A stretch of 64,000 bases of DNA from Obrimoposthia wandeli (lineage: Eukaryota): the NCBI GenBank assembly GCA_977020255.1, contig CDROCS010001209.1, forward strand, positions 186,001 through 250,000, written 5' to 3'. Position 1 is the stretch's first letter; each line of letters starts with the position of its first letter. The position numbers and the translations under genes are program-made. The notes beneath the pieces were generated by a model that saw only the letters and a program-made list of their open reading frames with translations, had not been told where the DNA came from and made no database searches. Shown piece by piece: positions 20,208 to 31,262 of this stretch.

Positions 20208-21173
20208 TTACTTGGTATAACACTTCAATTCTTTATTTCTACCTGAAATATTCTTCATTGCAGCCATCATATTATCTTCACTGACATAACTTTTGGGCAG
20301 TGGCATTACATTGACTCGATAATCAGGCGCATTCTCAGCGATATTCGATTGCTCAGTGACAGGGGTAACCATAACGACGTTAAGTTCAGGGTTACGTGCC
20401 TTAATACGCGATGCCGTACCTAGCCCTTCAGCAACATGGAAGCGCCCCGCAACATGGATAATTTGTTTACCAGGATGTTTTGCTAAATAGTCCACCATAC
20501 TTTCTGCCATGGTGTCATCCCAAGCGGTTTGTGCTGCAAACTGGCGTTGTGTTTTTGCTTCATCACCGTGATGCATTGATGCCTTGAATTTCGCTTGGTA
20601 GGCATCTGATGTTAGCGTTAAATCATCAGCTACCCACTTACGTTCGTTACTAGGCAGACGCTCAAGATAATCAGCGCCTTCTCGGCCAATACAGCGAACA
20701 ATAGGCTTAGGCGCATTTGCGGCAATCACATCCAAACCATTTTGCTTTGCTAATTCCACTAAAGGGCGGTAGTCACTGATGTAGTTAGGCCAAGCACTCC
20801 CTTCTTTTATGAGCGTTTGTTCGCCAATCTCTCCCGCTAAATATTGATCAACTAAAGGCTGCTTATCGCGGGTAAATTGTTCCATCGATAAAGCCATATT
20901 GGAGTTTTGACGATAAAGTTCAGCAAATAGTTGAGCTTGCATTAAATGCGCTCCCGGATGTCCATGCCATTCACCCACAAGCACAATATCTGCATCGCTA
21001 ATTGCTGAGGCAAGCTTTGATAGGTTAAGCGTTACACCTTGTGGAGAGGTAATTGTGTAATCATACATTGTAGGCGGTAAGGGCTGCGTAGTTTTTGTAT
21101 TTACTGGTAATTCAGACTGTGTTGCACAGCCCATAAGCATGCCAGTTAGCCCAAGAGAGAACCACTTTTTCAT
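20208..21173 (-). CDS. ChaN-family (heme-binding/uptake-associated) lipoprotein
   Basis: Lipobox LMGC; VGEWH, LSMEQF, WPNY.SDYRPL and QTAWDDTMA motifs. Confidence 0.75.
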   Translation of the reverse strand: MKKWFSLGLTGMLMGCATQSELPVNTKTTQPLPPTMYDYTITSPQGVTLNLSKLASAISDADIVLVGEWHGHPGAHLMQAQLFAELYRQNSNMALSMEQFTRDKQPLVDQYLAGEIGEQTLIKEGSAWPNYISDYRPLVELAKQNGLDVIAANAPKPIVRCIGREGADYLERLPSNERKWVADDLTLTSDAYQAKFKASMHHGDEAKTQRQFAAQTAWDDTMAESMVDYLAKHPGKQIIHVAGRFHVAEGLGTASRIKARNPELNVVMVTPVTEQSNIAENAPDYRVNVMPLPKSYVSEDNMMAAMKNISGRNKELKCYTK

Positions 21174-21387
21174 TTGAATATCACACCTTAAAAAATAACG
21201 AGCATGCGAAAATGTGCATGCTAAAGTCAAAATACACAGTATGAATACCTACTTTATTCAAGATGGGATCAAATCCACATGCAATAGGTATAACTGTAGA
21301 CGGTGTGTGATAGTAATGGAGTTGATATTGATTATCAAATACAACTGATAATCAATACCAATAAATCAGAAAAGGAAATACTAACAG

Positions 21388-22203
21388 TTATTGGCGACGA
21401 TAAACGCGGATTGAAAAGTCGGCTTCACAGCGTAAATCAACCGCCGTTTTTAATTGTACCCATACAGCATCTGATGTTTTCCATGCGAAAGGTGTCATTT
21501 GCATTAAGGCTGTTGCCTCTTCACCGTTTAGCGTCATATCGTAATGTAATTGCTGATCGGTGACTAAATCGAACCCTTCAATGACTTCAGGCTCCATGTC
21601 GTGCAAGTGTACGCCGTTATAAATTAACTCTTTTAACTGGTATAGGTGACGCGCCGCAGGCGAAACTGTCACTAAAATACCGTCTTTTTTAACTGCGCGT
21701 TGTAATTCTTCATCTTTACAAGGTGCGTAAATACGCACGATACCGTCAAGATATGCATCGGAATAGGGTAAACGATGGCTCGATGCGACACAGAAGTGGC
21801 AGTTTTTGTAGCGTTTGGCTGCATAGCGAACAGCCACTTTCGATATGTCTAATCCATGTACGGTTAATTCAGGATGCTTAGCCTGTAATTGGGTAAATTC
21901 AGACGTGTAATACCCTTCGCCACAGCCAATATCTAATAATTGTTGCGCGTTTTCAGGTAATTGTTCATCAAGATGCTTGATCACAGCTTCGCGCAATGGG
22001 TGGTAGTGGTTGGTATTTAAAAACAAACGTCGTGCTTGCATCATTTCTTGGTTATCACCAGGGTTCTTTGAACCTTTATGCTGAACGGGCATTAAATTCA
22101 CATAGCCTTCTTTGGCTAGATCGAACTGATGATTATTCTCGCAGCGCCAGTATTGAGTATGGTTGACTAAAGCTGAGTGACACAAAGGGCATTGATAAGA
22201 CAT
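21388..22203 (-). CDS. rlmA: 23S rRNA m1G745 methyltransferase
   Basis: Zn finger CPLC...CENNH, LDIGCGEGYY, GLDISK. Confidence 0.92.
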   Translation of the reverse strand: MSYQCPLCHSALVNHTQYWRCENNHQFDLAKEGYVNLMPVQHKGSKNPGDNQEMMQARRLFLNTNHYHPLREAVIKHLDEQLPENAQQLLDIGCGEGYYTSEFTQLQAKHPELTVHGLDISKVAVRYAAKRYKNCHFCVASSHRLPYSDAYLDGIVRIYAPCKDEELQRAVKKDGILVTVSPAARHLYQLKELIYNGVHLHDMEPEVIEGFDLVTDQQLHYDMTLNGEEATALMQMTPFAWKTSDAVWVQLKTAVDLRCEADFSIRVYRRQ

Positions 22204-22668
22204 GATGAAAACCGCACGATTAAATTCAGTGCTCATTGTAATACCAAACTTCGAAAGTAACTACCCACTGAATATCTCCTTATATGCCTTCTATACGCTC
22301 GTTACTCAAGAGTTTAAAGGATATACATCACATAATTCGCGATGAGAAAATAGACCTTAATCACAGTTGAAAACTATTATTTCACAGCGCGAAATAACGG
22401 TCGGCTTGTTCAGCGTTTATTCAGCACTCTCGGTTATCTTGCAGCTTAACTTGAACAAGAAATGTATATAAAGTCATTTTTTGCTCTCGTTTATTTCCAT
22501 TAAACAATTTGTATTGTCCTCTATGTAGTAGAAGGTATATCGCTGTTGCTATTGAGTTTCAGTGATGTTTCAAGGAAGAAAAGAGCTGCATGATTTTGTC
22601 TGTGTGACCGCCGAATCCACAGAGTCAAAGTCAGGATGAAAAAAATAACAATATTAGGATTTCAAACA

Positions 22669-23724
22669 ATGAAAAAAACAGTATTAGCAGCTCTTTTACC
22701 TGCAATGTTAGTCGCTGGAACAGCACAAGCCGCAACCGTTTACCAAGGTGAAGATGGTTCAAATGTTGATGTATACGGCCGTTTAGGTTTTAACGTTAAT
22801 GACCGTGACAATAACCCTGATGACAGCAAATTTGTTGGTCAATTTGATGGTCGTCTAGGTCTTGGAGGTTCTCAAACGGTTAACGATAAAGTATCGGTAA
22901 TTGGTTGGGCTGAATACCAAGTGGGTGCTGCTGAAGGTAAAAATGAAGGTTCTGATTTAAGTGCTCGTTACGTATGGGCAGGTATTGATGCATCTGAGTA
23001 CGGTAAAATTACTGGCGGTCGTGTGGCTTCTGGCCTGATCATGTCAACAGATATTGCTGATGTGTTCTCTCTATCTGATGTGACACTTGCACGTCAAGCG
23101 GGTCTTGTGAACAAGAACGCAACGCAAGTTTTCCGTCAAGATGATACGTTACAGTACCAAAATAGCTTTGGTGCATTAGATGTATCTGCAGCTTACATCT
23201 TAGGTAACAACGTTACAGATTACGAAACTAAGAATGGTTATAACCTTGCAGCGCGTTACACCATCGATATGGGTAATGCGGGTAAGTTAGCGCCAGTTGT
23301 GTCTTACCAGCAAAACAATGCTGACAGCGATCGTGCTGACAACGTTGATCAATACGATTTCTGGGCTGTAGGTACACGTTACTACTTGAACGATTTAATG
23401 TTGGGTGCGGTGTACTCTGAAGATGAAGTAACGTACAAAGGCCAAGAAAATTCACAAGATAAAGTGTACGAATTGACGGCAGTTTATGATGTGAATGCTG
23501 ACTGGGTACTTCGTGCTGGTTACCGTAACCTAGAAAACACAGGCGGTGACGAAACGAAATACAAAGATACAACGATAGAGGCACAATACAAAATGACTGA
23601 TCGTTCATCTATCTTTACTAGTTATGTATTCCGTGATGGTGATAACGGTACCGGTAATATTTGGAGTGATTGGAACAACGCTGAAGAAGACTACGTCAAC
23701 GTTGGTCTACGTTACGAGTTCTAA
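22669..23724 (+). CDS. Trimeric-type outer membrane porin
   Basis: Signal peptide ending AQA; DVYGR..., alternating beta-strand pattern, terminal GLRYEF. Confidence 0.85.
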   Translation: MKKTVLAALLPAMLVAGTAQAATVYQGEDGSNVDVYGRLGFNVNDRDNNPDDSKFVGQFDGRLGLGGSQTVNDKVSVIGWAEYQVGAAEGKNEGSDLSARYVWAGIDASEYGKITGGRVASGLIMSTDIADVFSLSDVTLARQAGLVNKNATQVFRQDDTLQYQNSFGALDVSAAYILGNNVTDYETKNGYNLAARYTIDMGNAGKLAPVVSYQQNNADSDRADNVDQYDFWAVGTRYYLNDLMLGAVYSEDEVTYKGQENSQDKVYELTAVYDVNADWVLRAGYRNLENTGGDETKYKDTTIEAQYKMTDRSSIFTSYVFRDGDNGTGNIWSDWNNAEEDYVNVGLRYEF

Positions 23725-23746
23725 TTGAACCGTTAACGTGTGAGAC

Positions 23747-23772
23747 AAAGCCAGCGGTGATTCGCTGGCTTT
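23747..23772 (+). terminator. Porin terminator
   Basis: AAAGCCAGCG...CGCTGGCTTT. Confidence 0.65.
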
Positions 23773-23807
23773 ACTGTTTATTGAATACCTATTTTCAGAG
23801 AGAAAGC

Positions 23808-24449
23808 ATGATGAAAAAAACACTGTTAGCATTTTCGTTACCCTTAGTATTGGTATCACAAGCTGCCATGGCTGATGTTACTTTGAAAGTGCCTGGCAAT
23901 TTTGAAATCCTGGCGGCTCAACATCTGGAAATCAAAAAAGCGACAAAAACAGTAGCACTACCAGAGGGGGATCAGCAGGTGCTGGTACGTTTTGATAGTC
24001 CTACTAATCCACATTCGACGGGTCAATCGATGGGGTATGTGTCATCGCAACCGATTTTAATTCGTTTTTCAGCGAATGATGGTGAGGTGGTTGAATTAGT
24101 TGCTCCTCGTGTTGACACTCAGCAAGACGTAAAACGTTTTGCGAAGAACCCTAGTTTTGAATTAACAGATACAGCAGGCAAGTCTGTTAGTTTTGCGAGT
24201 AAAAAGGTGGTTGTCTCTGGTTCTCCATTAATGGCGAACTATAACGCTATTTTAGCGGCTCAGGTTGCGCCTAGTGAAAAACAGACCTTGCCACAGCCGA
24301 CGGTGACGACAGCGCCTTCTCAAGCGGTATCAACGGTTGATATTAACCAATTAACGCCAGCCCAAACAGATCAATTGATGAAAGATTTATATCAAAATTC
24401 TGATGAAAAACGCCGTAAGGAATTTATACGTTGGGCGCTAGGGTTATAA
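23808..24449 (+). CDS. DUF2057 (YccT-like) exported protein
   Basis: Signal peptide; 'GDQQVLVRF', 'SQPILIRF' and C-terminal 'R.EFIRWAL' patterns. Confidence 0.7.
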   Translation: MMKKTLLAFSLPLVLVSQAAMADVTLKVPGNFEILAAQHLEIKKATKTVALPEGDQQVLVRFDSPTNPHSTGQSMGYVSSQPILIRFSANDGEVVELVAPRVDTQQDVKRFAKNPSFELTDTAGKSVSFASKKVVVSGSPLMANYNAILAAQVAPSEKQTLPQPTVTTAPSQAVSTVDINQLTPAQTDQLMKDLYQNSDEKRRKEFIRWALGL

Positions 24450-24501
24450 ATGTAGAACGTTAAATTAGCGTATTTAAGCGAAAGCTTTAATTATCAGAAA
24501 C

Positions 24502-24538
24502 AAAAAGCCCCACAAGGTTATGTCTTGTGGGGCTTTTT
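24502..24538 (+). terminator. Rho-independent terminator
   Basis: AAAAAGCCCCACAAG...CTTGTGGGGCTTTTT. Confidence 0.75.
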
Positions 24539-24658
24539 CGTGGTCTCTGTAAGCAAGATGACACTTTATTGATCGACATCTCAATTATGATCAACATTGA
24601 TTTACTTGGTCTGTCATAAGCGTATTATTTAAATGTTCAAAAAAATGAAGATTTAAAT

Positions 24659-25541
24659 ATGTCCAAGCAATACATAAAAAAAGAAGGTGCCGCAGTCATC
24701 AATATCGCTCGATATTTGATGTCACAAAAAAAAGGTGCCCGTTTACGTACCATTGATTCGCTGGCTGAAGAGTTCGAGCTGTCGGTTGGCTTAGTCTGTG
24801 CCCTGAAAAGATTGAAGCGGATGGGTGATTGCCCTTTCACGGCAAGCATGGCTGCGACTTATATTTCTCTAGACAGCGAAGAAATTGTCCGTCTGGCGGC
24901 TTTGGTCACGCTGCGTTATGCTGCTGCCTTACACTAAACATTCCGAGGGATTGGCAAGCGGGATTAAAAGCCCAGATGGCGAAAGCCACGTTATTTTGCC
25001 CACATGCGAGGTGCTGGCGTTAGAGCTAAATTATTAAGCTCTGGCGTGCATGATATTGCCATTATGTCAAAGCTTGCAGCACAGAGTTACAGCGACGGTT
25101 TGACGGTTGCTGTGAATTTGGGAAAAAATTCCTATTCGCATGATCACAGGGTGATTTACCGTAAGGGCGAATATGGTGCCATCCGTCGTGTTGGCGTCGA
25201 CTCGGATTCTCCTGACCAGCAGATCCTGACCAAACAGGCTTTTCCGGATCAAGACATTGACATTGTCGAAATCAATTGATGCATAGCTCTGGTCCATTTG
25301 GCGAGCAGAAATATAGATGCGGTGATTTGGGCTGACGGAAGCGATAGATGGCGACAACGTTGGTCTGGCAGAAAAATCGCTTAACCATATTCCCCAGTGT
25401 GAAATGGCCTCTGAGGCAGTACTACTGGTTCGTAATGAAGCACCGCATATTAAGGCACTCTTGAGAAATCTAATCAACAAGGATGCCCTAATCTCTCATC
25501 AGAAAAAAGTTGTGACAGGCGAAATTACGCCGAGCTATTAG
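24659..25541 (+). pseudogene. yhfZ: yhfZ copy 1 (HTH regulator), multiply frameshifted
   Basis: Colinear with 34920-35816 but with many small indels at ~24790-25010 and more near 25275-25350. Confidence 0.85.
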
Positions 25542-25560
25542 TAAAGAATTAGGAGGAATA

Positions 25561-25917
25561 ATGCAGCAAAGGTTAGCTTTACTTAAGGATGCCGGGGTGA
25601 TATCCCAGATCGCTTATGACGGAACCGTAAAAGCAGTTGATCTGTTGGTATCCGAATGGCAGTTGGACACGTCAACAGATCAGTTACAGATGGCCATGAC
25701 GCATCTTGCACGCGCAACGGATCGTATTCTTTCCGATCAAGCTATCACGCAAGGGCTGGACGAAGATGTTCTTGCTGAGATCATCAGCGACGATGACTTC
25801 CCAGTGATTCAGGCGACGAATAGGAAGATCCTCGACGGCTTTGGTATCGAACAGGCTCCGGATGCGGAAAACACATTCTTTCTCAGTAACCTTTTCTCGC
25901 TCTATTGCGCGAAATAA
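25561..25917 (+). CDS. yhfY: PRD-domain-like protein YhfY
   Basis: MQQRLALL..AG...MAMTHLARATDRI pattern; position after yhfZ. Confidence 0.75.
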   Translation: MQQRLALLKDAGVISQIAYDGTVKAVDLLVSEWQLDTSTDQLQMAMTHLARATDRILSDQAITQGLDEDVLAEIISDDDFPVIQATNRKILDGFGIEQAPDAENTFFLSNLFSLYCAK

Positions 25918-25939
25918 ATTGTGACGGGAAAAAAATAAT

Positions 25940-26813
25940 ATGATTGACGACAGCGGTTATACCTATGTTCACGAACACCTGCATATTGACTTATCACCGC
26001 AAAAAGGCGATGTCGACTGCAGGCTAGATCAGTACGATCTGATCAAAGAAGAGCTGTTGCAACTTAAGTTACGCGGTGTATTCAACATCGTAGAAGTGAC
26101 TAATCGTTTTATGGGCAGAAATCATCATTTTATTGAAGATTTAATGGTTGATACCGGAATGAATATCTTGCTCTCTACGGGTTACTACATCGATGGCTTT
26201 TTCCCACCCGAACTGCACGCTATGTCGGCACAGAAATCAGCCGCGAGATGGTGGTGAAATCGAAAATGGCATTGCCGGAAGTGATTTGAAAGCCAGCTTA
26301 ATCGGTGAAATTGGCAGCAGTGAGAACACGTTTACCGACATGGAGAAAAAAGTATTTGAAGCTGCCGCTTATGCCCACCTAGAAACAGGACGTCCAATCT
26401 CCACTCACCAGTCGATGAGTTCCATGGGCCGCCAGCAGGTAATGTGGCTGAAGCAGTATGGCGTCAACATGAACAACGTGACGATCGGGCACTGCGATCT
26501 GAAAGACAACATTGATGACATTGCCTGGCTGATTGATCAGGGCTGCTATGTGCAGTTCGATACGATCGGAAAAAATGATTATTACCCAGATACCAAACGT
26601 GTAGACATGCTGGAAGTGCTATCTGAACGCGGTTATTTAGAGCGGGTTATGCTTTCTATGGACATTACTCGGCGGTCTCACTTGAAAGAAAATGGTGGTC
26701 TTGGTTTTTGTTACCTGATGGATGTATTCATCCCCATGCTACGAGAGCGTGGAATTAGTCAGCAAGAGATAGACACAATGCTAAAACACAATCCCAGCCA
26801 GCTATTTGGCTAA
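25940..26813 (+). pseudogene. php: Phosphotriesterase-homology protein copy 1, frameshifted by two single-G losses
   Basis: Identical to copy 2 except D4/G4; CAG-AAA (26231-26236) and GTGG-TG (26251-26256) each lack one G. Confidence 0.8.
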
Positions 26814-26830
26814 ATAAAAGAGGTTAGCGT

Positions 26831-27190
26831 ATGAAACAAATAGGTATTGCGGGTCTGCAGCGTGAACAGATAAAAGAGCAAATTGACGCCACCGCGCCAG
26901 GTGTTTTTAACTGCCACATTCTGAACGACATGGAAGCGGCCATGCAAGTGAAATCCGGTCAGCTGGATTATTATATCGGTTGTTGCAACACGGGGGCAGG
27001 CGCGGCGTTATCCATGGCAATCGCGATCATTGGTTATCCGCAGAGTTGCACCATCGCCAAGCCATCCATTCAGGCCAAACCAGACGAAGTCGAGCGTTTT
27101 GTCGGTGAGGGCAAGGTGGCTTTCGGACTTTCCATTGAGCATATCGAACACGCCATTCCCATGCTCATTTCTATCCTCTCTAAGAAGTAA
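26831..27190 (+). CDS. yhfU: DUF2620 family protein YhfU copy 1
   Basis: DYYIGCCNTGAGAALSMAIA motif. Confidence 0.8.
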   Translation: MKQIGIAGLQREQIKEQIDATAPGVFNCHILNDMEAAMQVKSGQLDYYIGCCNTGAGAALSMAIAIIGYPQSCTIAKPSIQAKPDEVERFVGEGKVAFGLSIEHIEHAIPMLISILSKK

Positions 27191-27199
27191 GGACATAAA

Positions 27200-28501
27200 A
27201 TGGATGTTGTACATTTAGGATTAGTTGCATCGCTCTGCGCCATGACGGCAATAGTTGCTAACATGAGCGCAGCAGTATTCCACGATGGGATCCGTCCCAT
27301 TCTTCCTCAGGTCGTTGAAGGTAATATGACAAGGCGAGATGCAGGCTCTGTTGCATTTGGTCTGTCTATCGGCTTCGTTGCCTCGGTGGGGATTTCATTT
27401 ACTCTTTCAACGGGTTTGCTCAATCCTTGGTTACTCTTTTTACCCACTGATATTCTTGGCGTGATGATCGGTAGCCGCGTACTGGCCGGGCTGGCTGGTG
27501 GCTTGTGGGGGATATTGGTGGTCACATCACTTTCAGCCGTCAATACCGTATTAACCGGGTTGCCGATCGATGCTTTAGGTGCACTGGCCGAACTGGGTAC
27601 CCCGGTAATGTCGGCATTCGCCTTGTTCCCGCTGCTTGCTATTTTCTATCAATTTGGTTGGCGAGCAGGGGCTGTGGCAGCCATTGTTGTTATTGTTTCC
27701 CGTCTGTTGGTCATGAAATACACTGCAATCTATCCTGAATCTATCCAGATTTTCATTGGTATGCTCATGTTAGTCGGTATCGCTATCCGCAAAGATCTGA
27801 TTGACAGGAAAAACGGAATATCACCACCCGATATGTCAGGTATGCACAGTCTGTTTGACGAACGCACCAAGCGGATCGTCAAAAACCTACCTTTCCTTGC
27901 CGTTACCGGTGCCCTGGTTGCCGCAGTGACGAATGCCGGTATTTTTGCTGGATCGGAAGTGTCCATCTACTCACTGGCCGAGGCATACAAACTGACCGAT
28001 CCGGTTGCTCAAGATGCCGCGATGAAGCAGGTAGCACTGTCTGAGTTTATGCGCGGTCTTGGATTTATCCCGCTGATAGCGACCACAGCTCTCACGACAG
28101 GTGTTTATGGTGTTGTCGGAATGACCTTTGTGTTCGTTGCTGGCTACCTTGCTCCAAGTATTCCCGTCGCAGCAGCATTGGGTGCTGTCATTATCTGCGC
28201 TGAAGTTTTCTTGCTACGGGGGATCGGTGGCTTCCTAGAGCAATTCCCTTCCATCCGTAATTCTTCAGACAACATTCGTAATTCAATGAATACCTTAATG
28301 GAGTTTGCATTATTGATTGGTGGCGTGCTGGCAGTGATGAAAATGGGTTCTACAACCGGATTCACCATTTTCGCCATTCTCTACTACCTCAATGAAGTTA
28401 TGGGTCGACCAATACTCAAAATAGCAGCGCCTGCTGTTGCCGCTATCCTGACTGGTTTTGTCCTTAATGTGCTGTATTTAATGGGACTTTTCGCAATTTA
28501 A
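27200..28501 (+). CDS. yhfT: YhfT-family inner membrane transporter copy 1
   Basis: 433 aa multi-TM; AVFHDGIRP and NPWLLFLPTD motifs. Confidence 0.85.
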   Translation: MDVVHLGLVASLCAMTAIVANMSAAVFHDGIRPILPQVVEGNMTRRDAGSVAFGLSIGFVASVGISFTLSTGLLNPWLLFLPTDILGVMIGSRVLAGLAGGLWGILVVTSLSAVNTVLTGLPIDALGALAELGTPVMSAFALFPLLAIFYQFGWRAGAVAAIVVIVSRLLVMKYTAIYPESIQIFIGMLMLVGIAIRKDLIDRKNGISPPDMSGMHSLFDERTKRIVKNLPFLAVTGALVAAVTNAGIFAGSEVSIYSLAEAYKLTDPVAQDAAMKQVALSEFMRGLGFIPLIATTALTTGVYGVVGMTFVFVAGYLAPSIPVAAALGAVIICAEVFLLRGIGGFLEQFPSIRNSSDNIRNSMNTLMEFALLIGGVLAVMKMGSTTGFTIFAILYYLNEVMGRPILKIAAPAVAAILTGFVLNVLYLMGLFAI

Positions 28502-28576
28502 CATCAAATAATAGTTCGCTCAGCTCCCCCTAAGCAACAACGGGCGGGCTCTTATCCTATTAAGAAGGTTCTCTTT

Positions 28577-29758
28577 ATGTTTCTAACTGCCCTAAAAAAG
28601 CAGAATCAGGCTCTTATAGATACTGCCGCCGATTACTTAAGGAAAGGCAGGTTATTACCTGATACCTATGTCATTGACGTTGATCAGTTCAAAGCCAATG
28701 CCAATCGCATCAAAGCCAAAGCGGACGAGCTGGGTATCAAGCTGTATGCGATGACCAAGCAGATCGGGCGCAACCCGGAACTTGCCCGGATATTGGTAGA
28801 CGAGTGTCAGTACCAAGGTATCGTCTGCGTAGATTTTAAGGAGGCTCGTCAACTAGCAGGGGCCGGAATAAAAGTAGCCCATATCGGACATCTGGTTCAA
28901 CCGCCAAGCGGTATGGTTACCTCAATAGTGGAAAATATTCAACCTGAAGTGATCACCGTTTACTCACTGGATAAGGCCCGAGAAATATCTGCAGCAGCAG
29001 TCAATGCGAACAGAACACAGGGCATTTTACTCAAGTTTTACCGAGTGGATGATCACATGTATGTAAATCAGGAATCAGGCTTCCCTTTTGAGCAACTAGA
29101 ACAGGTTCTGGCAGCGATAACAGCCTTACCAAACATCAAGTTAGCGGGGCTGACGCATTTCCCTTGCTTTTTATACAATCCAAAAACCAAAACAACCCAG
29201 CCCACGAAGAATCTCAGCACCTTAAAATTATCAGGAGATCAGGCTAAAGCGTTGGGTTATAGCATTGAACAACTAAACGGCCCGTCATCAACAAGCTGTG
29301 AAACACTTCCCATGCTGGCGGAATACGGGGGCACGCACGGTGAACCCGGACATGCGCTGACTGGTACCACTCCCGCGAATCAAGATGGCAGCCAGCCTGA
29401 AAAGATTGCGATGCTCTATCTTAGTGAGGTTTCACATCATTACGAAGAGCATAGTTATTGCTATGGTGGCGGCTATTACCGCCGAGGTAACCTTGTTTCG
29501 GCATTGGTTTGGCAAAATGATATAAACCAAACGGAGCAGGAGATGATCGTGCCCGTTAGCAACGATGACGATTCAAGTATTGATTACCACTTAAAACTTG
29601 AGGGGAACTTCGCTATTGGCTCGCCAGTGGTTATGGCATTTCGTACCCAAATATTCGTTACCCGTAGTGATGTTGCGCTTATTTCCGGTATTTCGCAGGG
29701 TGCTCCGCAGTTAGTGGGCACTTATGACTCTTTAGGTAATGAGGTGTCGCATGGCTAG
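28577..29758 (+). CDS. yhfX: YhfX-family PLP-dependent enzyme (alanine racemase fold)
   Basis: MFL.AL..QN..L start, LYAMTKQIGRNP, THFPC, GEPGHALTGT. Confidence 0.85.
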   Translation: MFLTALKKQNQALIDTAADYLRKGRLLPDTYVIDVDQFKANANRIKAKADELGIKLYAMTKQIGRNPELARILVDECQYQGIVCVDFKEARQLAGAGIKVAHIGHLVQPPSGMVTSIVENIQPEVITVYSLDKAREISAAAVNANRTQGILLKFYRVDDHMYVNQESGFPFEQLEQVLAAITALPNIKLAGLTHFPCFLYNPKTKTTQPTKNLSTLKLSGDQAKALGYSIEQLNGPSSTSCETLPMLAEYGGTHGEPGHALTGTTPANQDGSQPEKIAMLYLSEVSHHYEEHSYCYGGGYYRRGNLVSALVWQNDINQTEQEMIVPVSNDDDSSIDYHLKLEGNFAIGSPVVMAFRTQIFVTRSDVALISGISQGAPQLVGTYDSLGNEVSHG

Positions 29759-30977
29759 ATTTATCGTGGTGGTATTAGATGGTTTTGGCGTCGGTGAAAT
29801 GCCCGATGTTGCGGTGGTACGCCCTCAGGATACTGGCGCTAATACTGCGGTAAAATTACTCAATCACTTCCCGCTTAAAACGCTCCCGACGCTTGAAAAG
29901 TTGGGGCTAATCAATGTCGTGGGCGATACCCAATCGGTCATGAAGGCAAACCCCGATGCGAACTGGGGCCGCGCATGGCTAGCACATGAAGGCGGAGATA
30001 CTTTTATGGGTCACCAGGAGATCATGGGCACCCTGCCCAAACCGCCAGTTGTCCTGCCATTTCAGCAGTCGATTGATGCCATAGAACAGGCATTACTCAA
30101 AAATGACTATCAGGTTAAGCGGCTGGAAAAAGATGGTTTGCAGGCGCTGATGGTAAATGATTGCGTGGTGGTGGGCGATAACCTTGAAGCCGACTTGGGT
30201 CAGGTATACAACTTGACGGCAAATTTCTCTCAAATCAGTTTCGATCAAGTTAAGCAGATTGGTCAAGTAGTGCGCTCTGCCAATGGTGTAGGTCGCAATA
30301 TTGCCTTCGGTGGCTTTGTGAATTCAATACAGCAAATACTCGATGCCATCGAAACCAAGGCTGATCTCAATGGGAACGTAAAATACATAGGCGTTAACGC
30401 GCCAGATTCCGGTACTTATGACAACGGATTTCAGGTGGTTCATCTGGGCTATGGCGTAGATGCTGCCAAACAGGTTCCGCAAAAATTGAACGAAGTGGGT
30501 ATCCACACTTATCTGTACGGCAAAGTTGCAGATATTGTCCAGAATGAAACCGGCACCTCTTACCTTTCAGTGGTCGACACTGAGAGGGTGTTTGAGCTAA
30601 TGCATCAGGATTTGCAGCAGCAAACAACAGGCTTTTTCTGCGCCAATATTCAGGAGACCGATTTATCCGGACATCTGCAGGATCCGCGTCAGTACTGGAA
30701 AATACTTGAGAAATCAGACAAGGGGTTAGAGCAGGTCATCGCGATGATGGAAAGCGATGATGTGTTGGTGGTAATGGCTGATCACGGCAATGACCCTTTC
30801 ATCGGCCATACCCGACACACCCGGGAGCAGGTGCCCTTGCTGGTGTATCAAAAACATACTCAGGGCGTTGAGATGGGGACAAGAACCACACTTGCCGATG
30901 TGGGCGCCAGTGCAACGGCATTTTTTGGTGCGGAGTTGCCCGTAAGCGGGAGCTCGTTCTTATCTCTTATTAAATAG
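29751..30977 (+). CDS. yhfW: Phosphopentomutase-like metalloenzyme YhfW
   Basis: VVLDGFGVG, DTFMGHQEI, ETDLSGH and MADHGNDP motifs. Confidence 0.85.
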   Translation: MARFIVVVLDGFGVGEMPDVAVVRPQDTGANTAVKLLNHFPLKTLPTLEKLGLINVVGDTQSVMKANPDANWGRAWLAHEGGDTFMGHQEIMGTLPKPPVVLPFQQSIDAIEQALLKNDYQVKRLEKDGLQALMVNDCVVVGDNLEADLGQVYNLTANFSQISFDQVKQIGQVVRSANGVGRNIAFGGFVNSIQQILDAIETKADLNGNVKYIGVNAPDSGTYDNGFQVVHLGYGVDAAKQVPQKLNEVGIHTYLYGKVADIVQNETGTSYLSVVDTERVFELMHQDLQQQTTGFFCANIQETDLSGHLQDPRQYWKILEKSDKGLEQVIAMMESDDVLVVMADHGNDPFIGHTRHTREQVPLLVYQKHTQGVEMGTRTTLADVGASATAFFGAELPVSGSSFLSLIK

Positions 30978-31132
30978 AATTATGCGACAGCACAAGATCA
31001 GAGAACGTTTATCAGCCTCAAAAAAACTACTGGCTGCAACACTTTCGACATAGCTAAAACTGTTTTGATAGTACCAAGCAATCACCCCGCACCATTTTCT
31101 ACAGCTATACCTTTAAGGCTTGCCCTAAACAT

Positions 31133-31165
31133 AAATCCTCAACTGAAAGGTTGAGGTTTTTTTTT
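31133..31165 (+). terminator. Terminator after the yhf operon
   Basis: CCTCAAC...GTTGAGG followed by a long T run. Confidence 0.7.
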
Positions 31166-31262
31166 GCTTAATCATCACATCAATATTTGTCTTACTGATC
31201 TCAACAGGTAAACCTGTTGCTGTACTCGTACCTTGACTCATTAATTAATGATGGATCCTGAT

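Noticed and set aside
24829-25480. Short ORFs in yhfZ copy 1
   Set aside because: Frameshift fragments or antisense shadows of yhfZ, not independent genes
30980-31110. Possible IS66 tnpA-like remnant (QKNYWLQHF...)
   Set aside because: The resemblance is too short and weak, and no IRs or companion genes are visible
31180-31236. GKPVAVLVP peptide resembling a Phd/YefM antitoxin motif
   Set aside because: No start codon or RBS, no toxin gene, and only a 9-residue match
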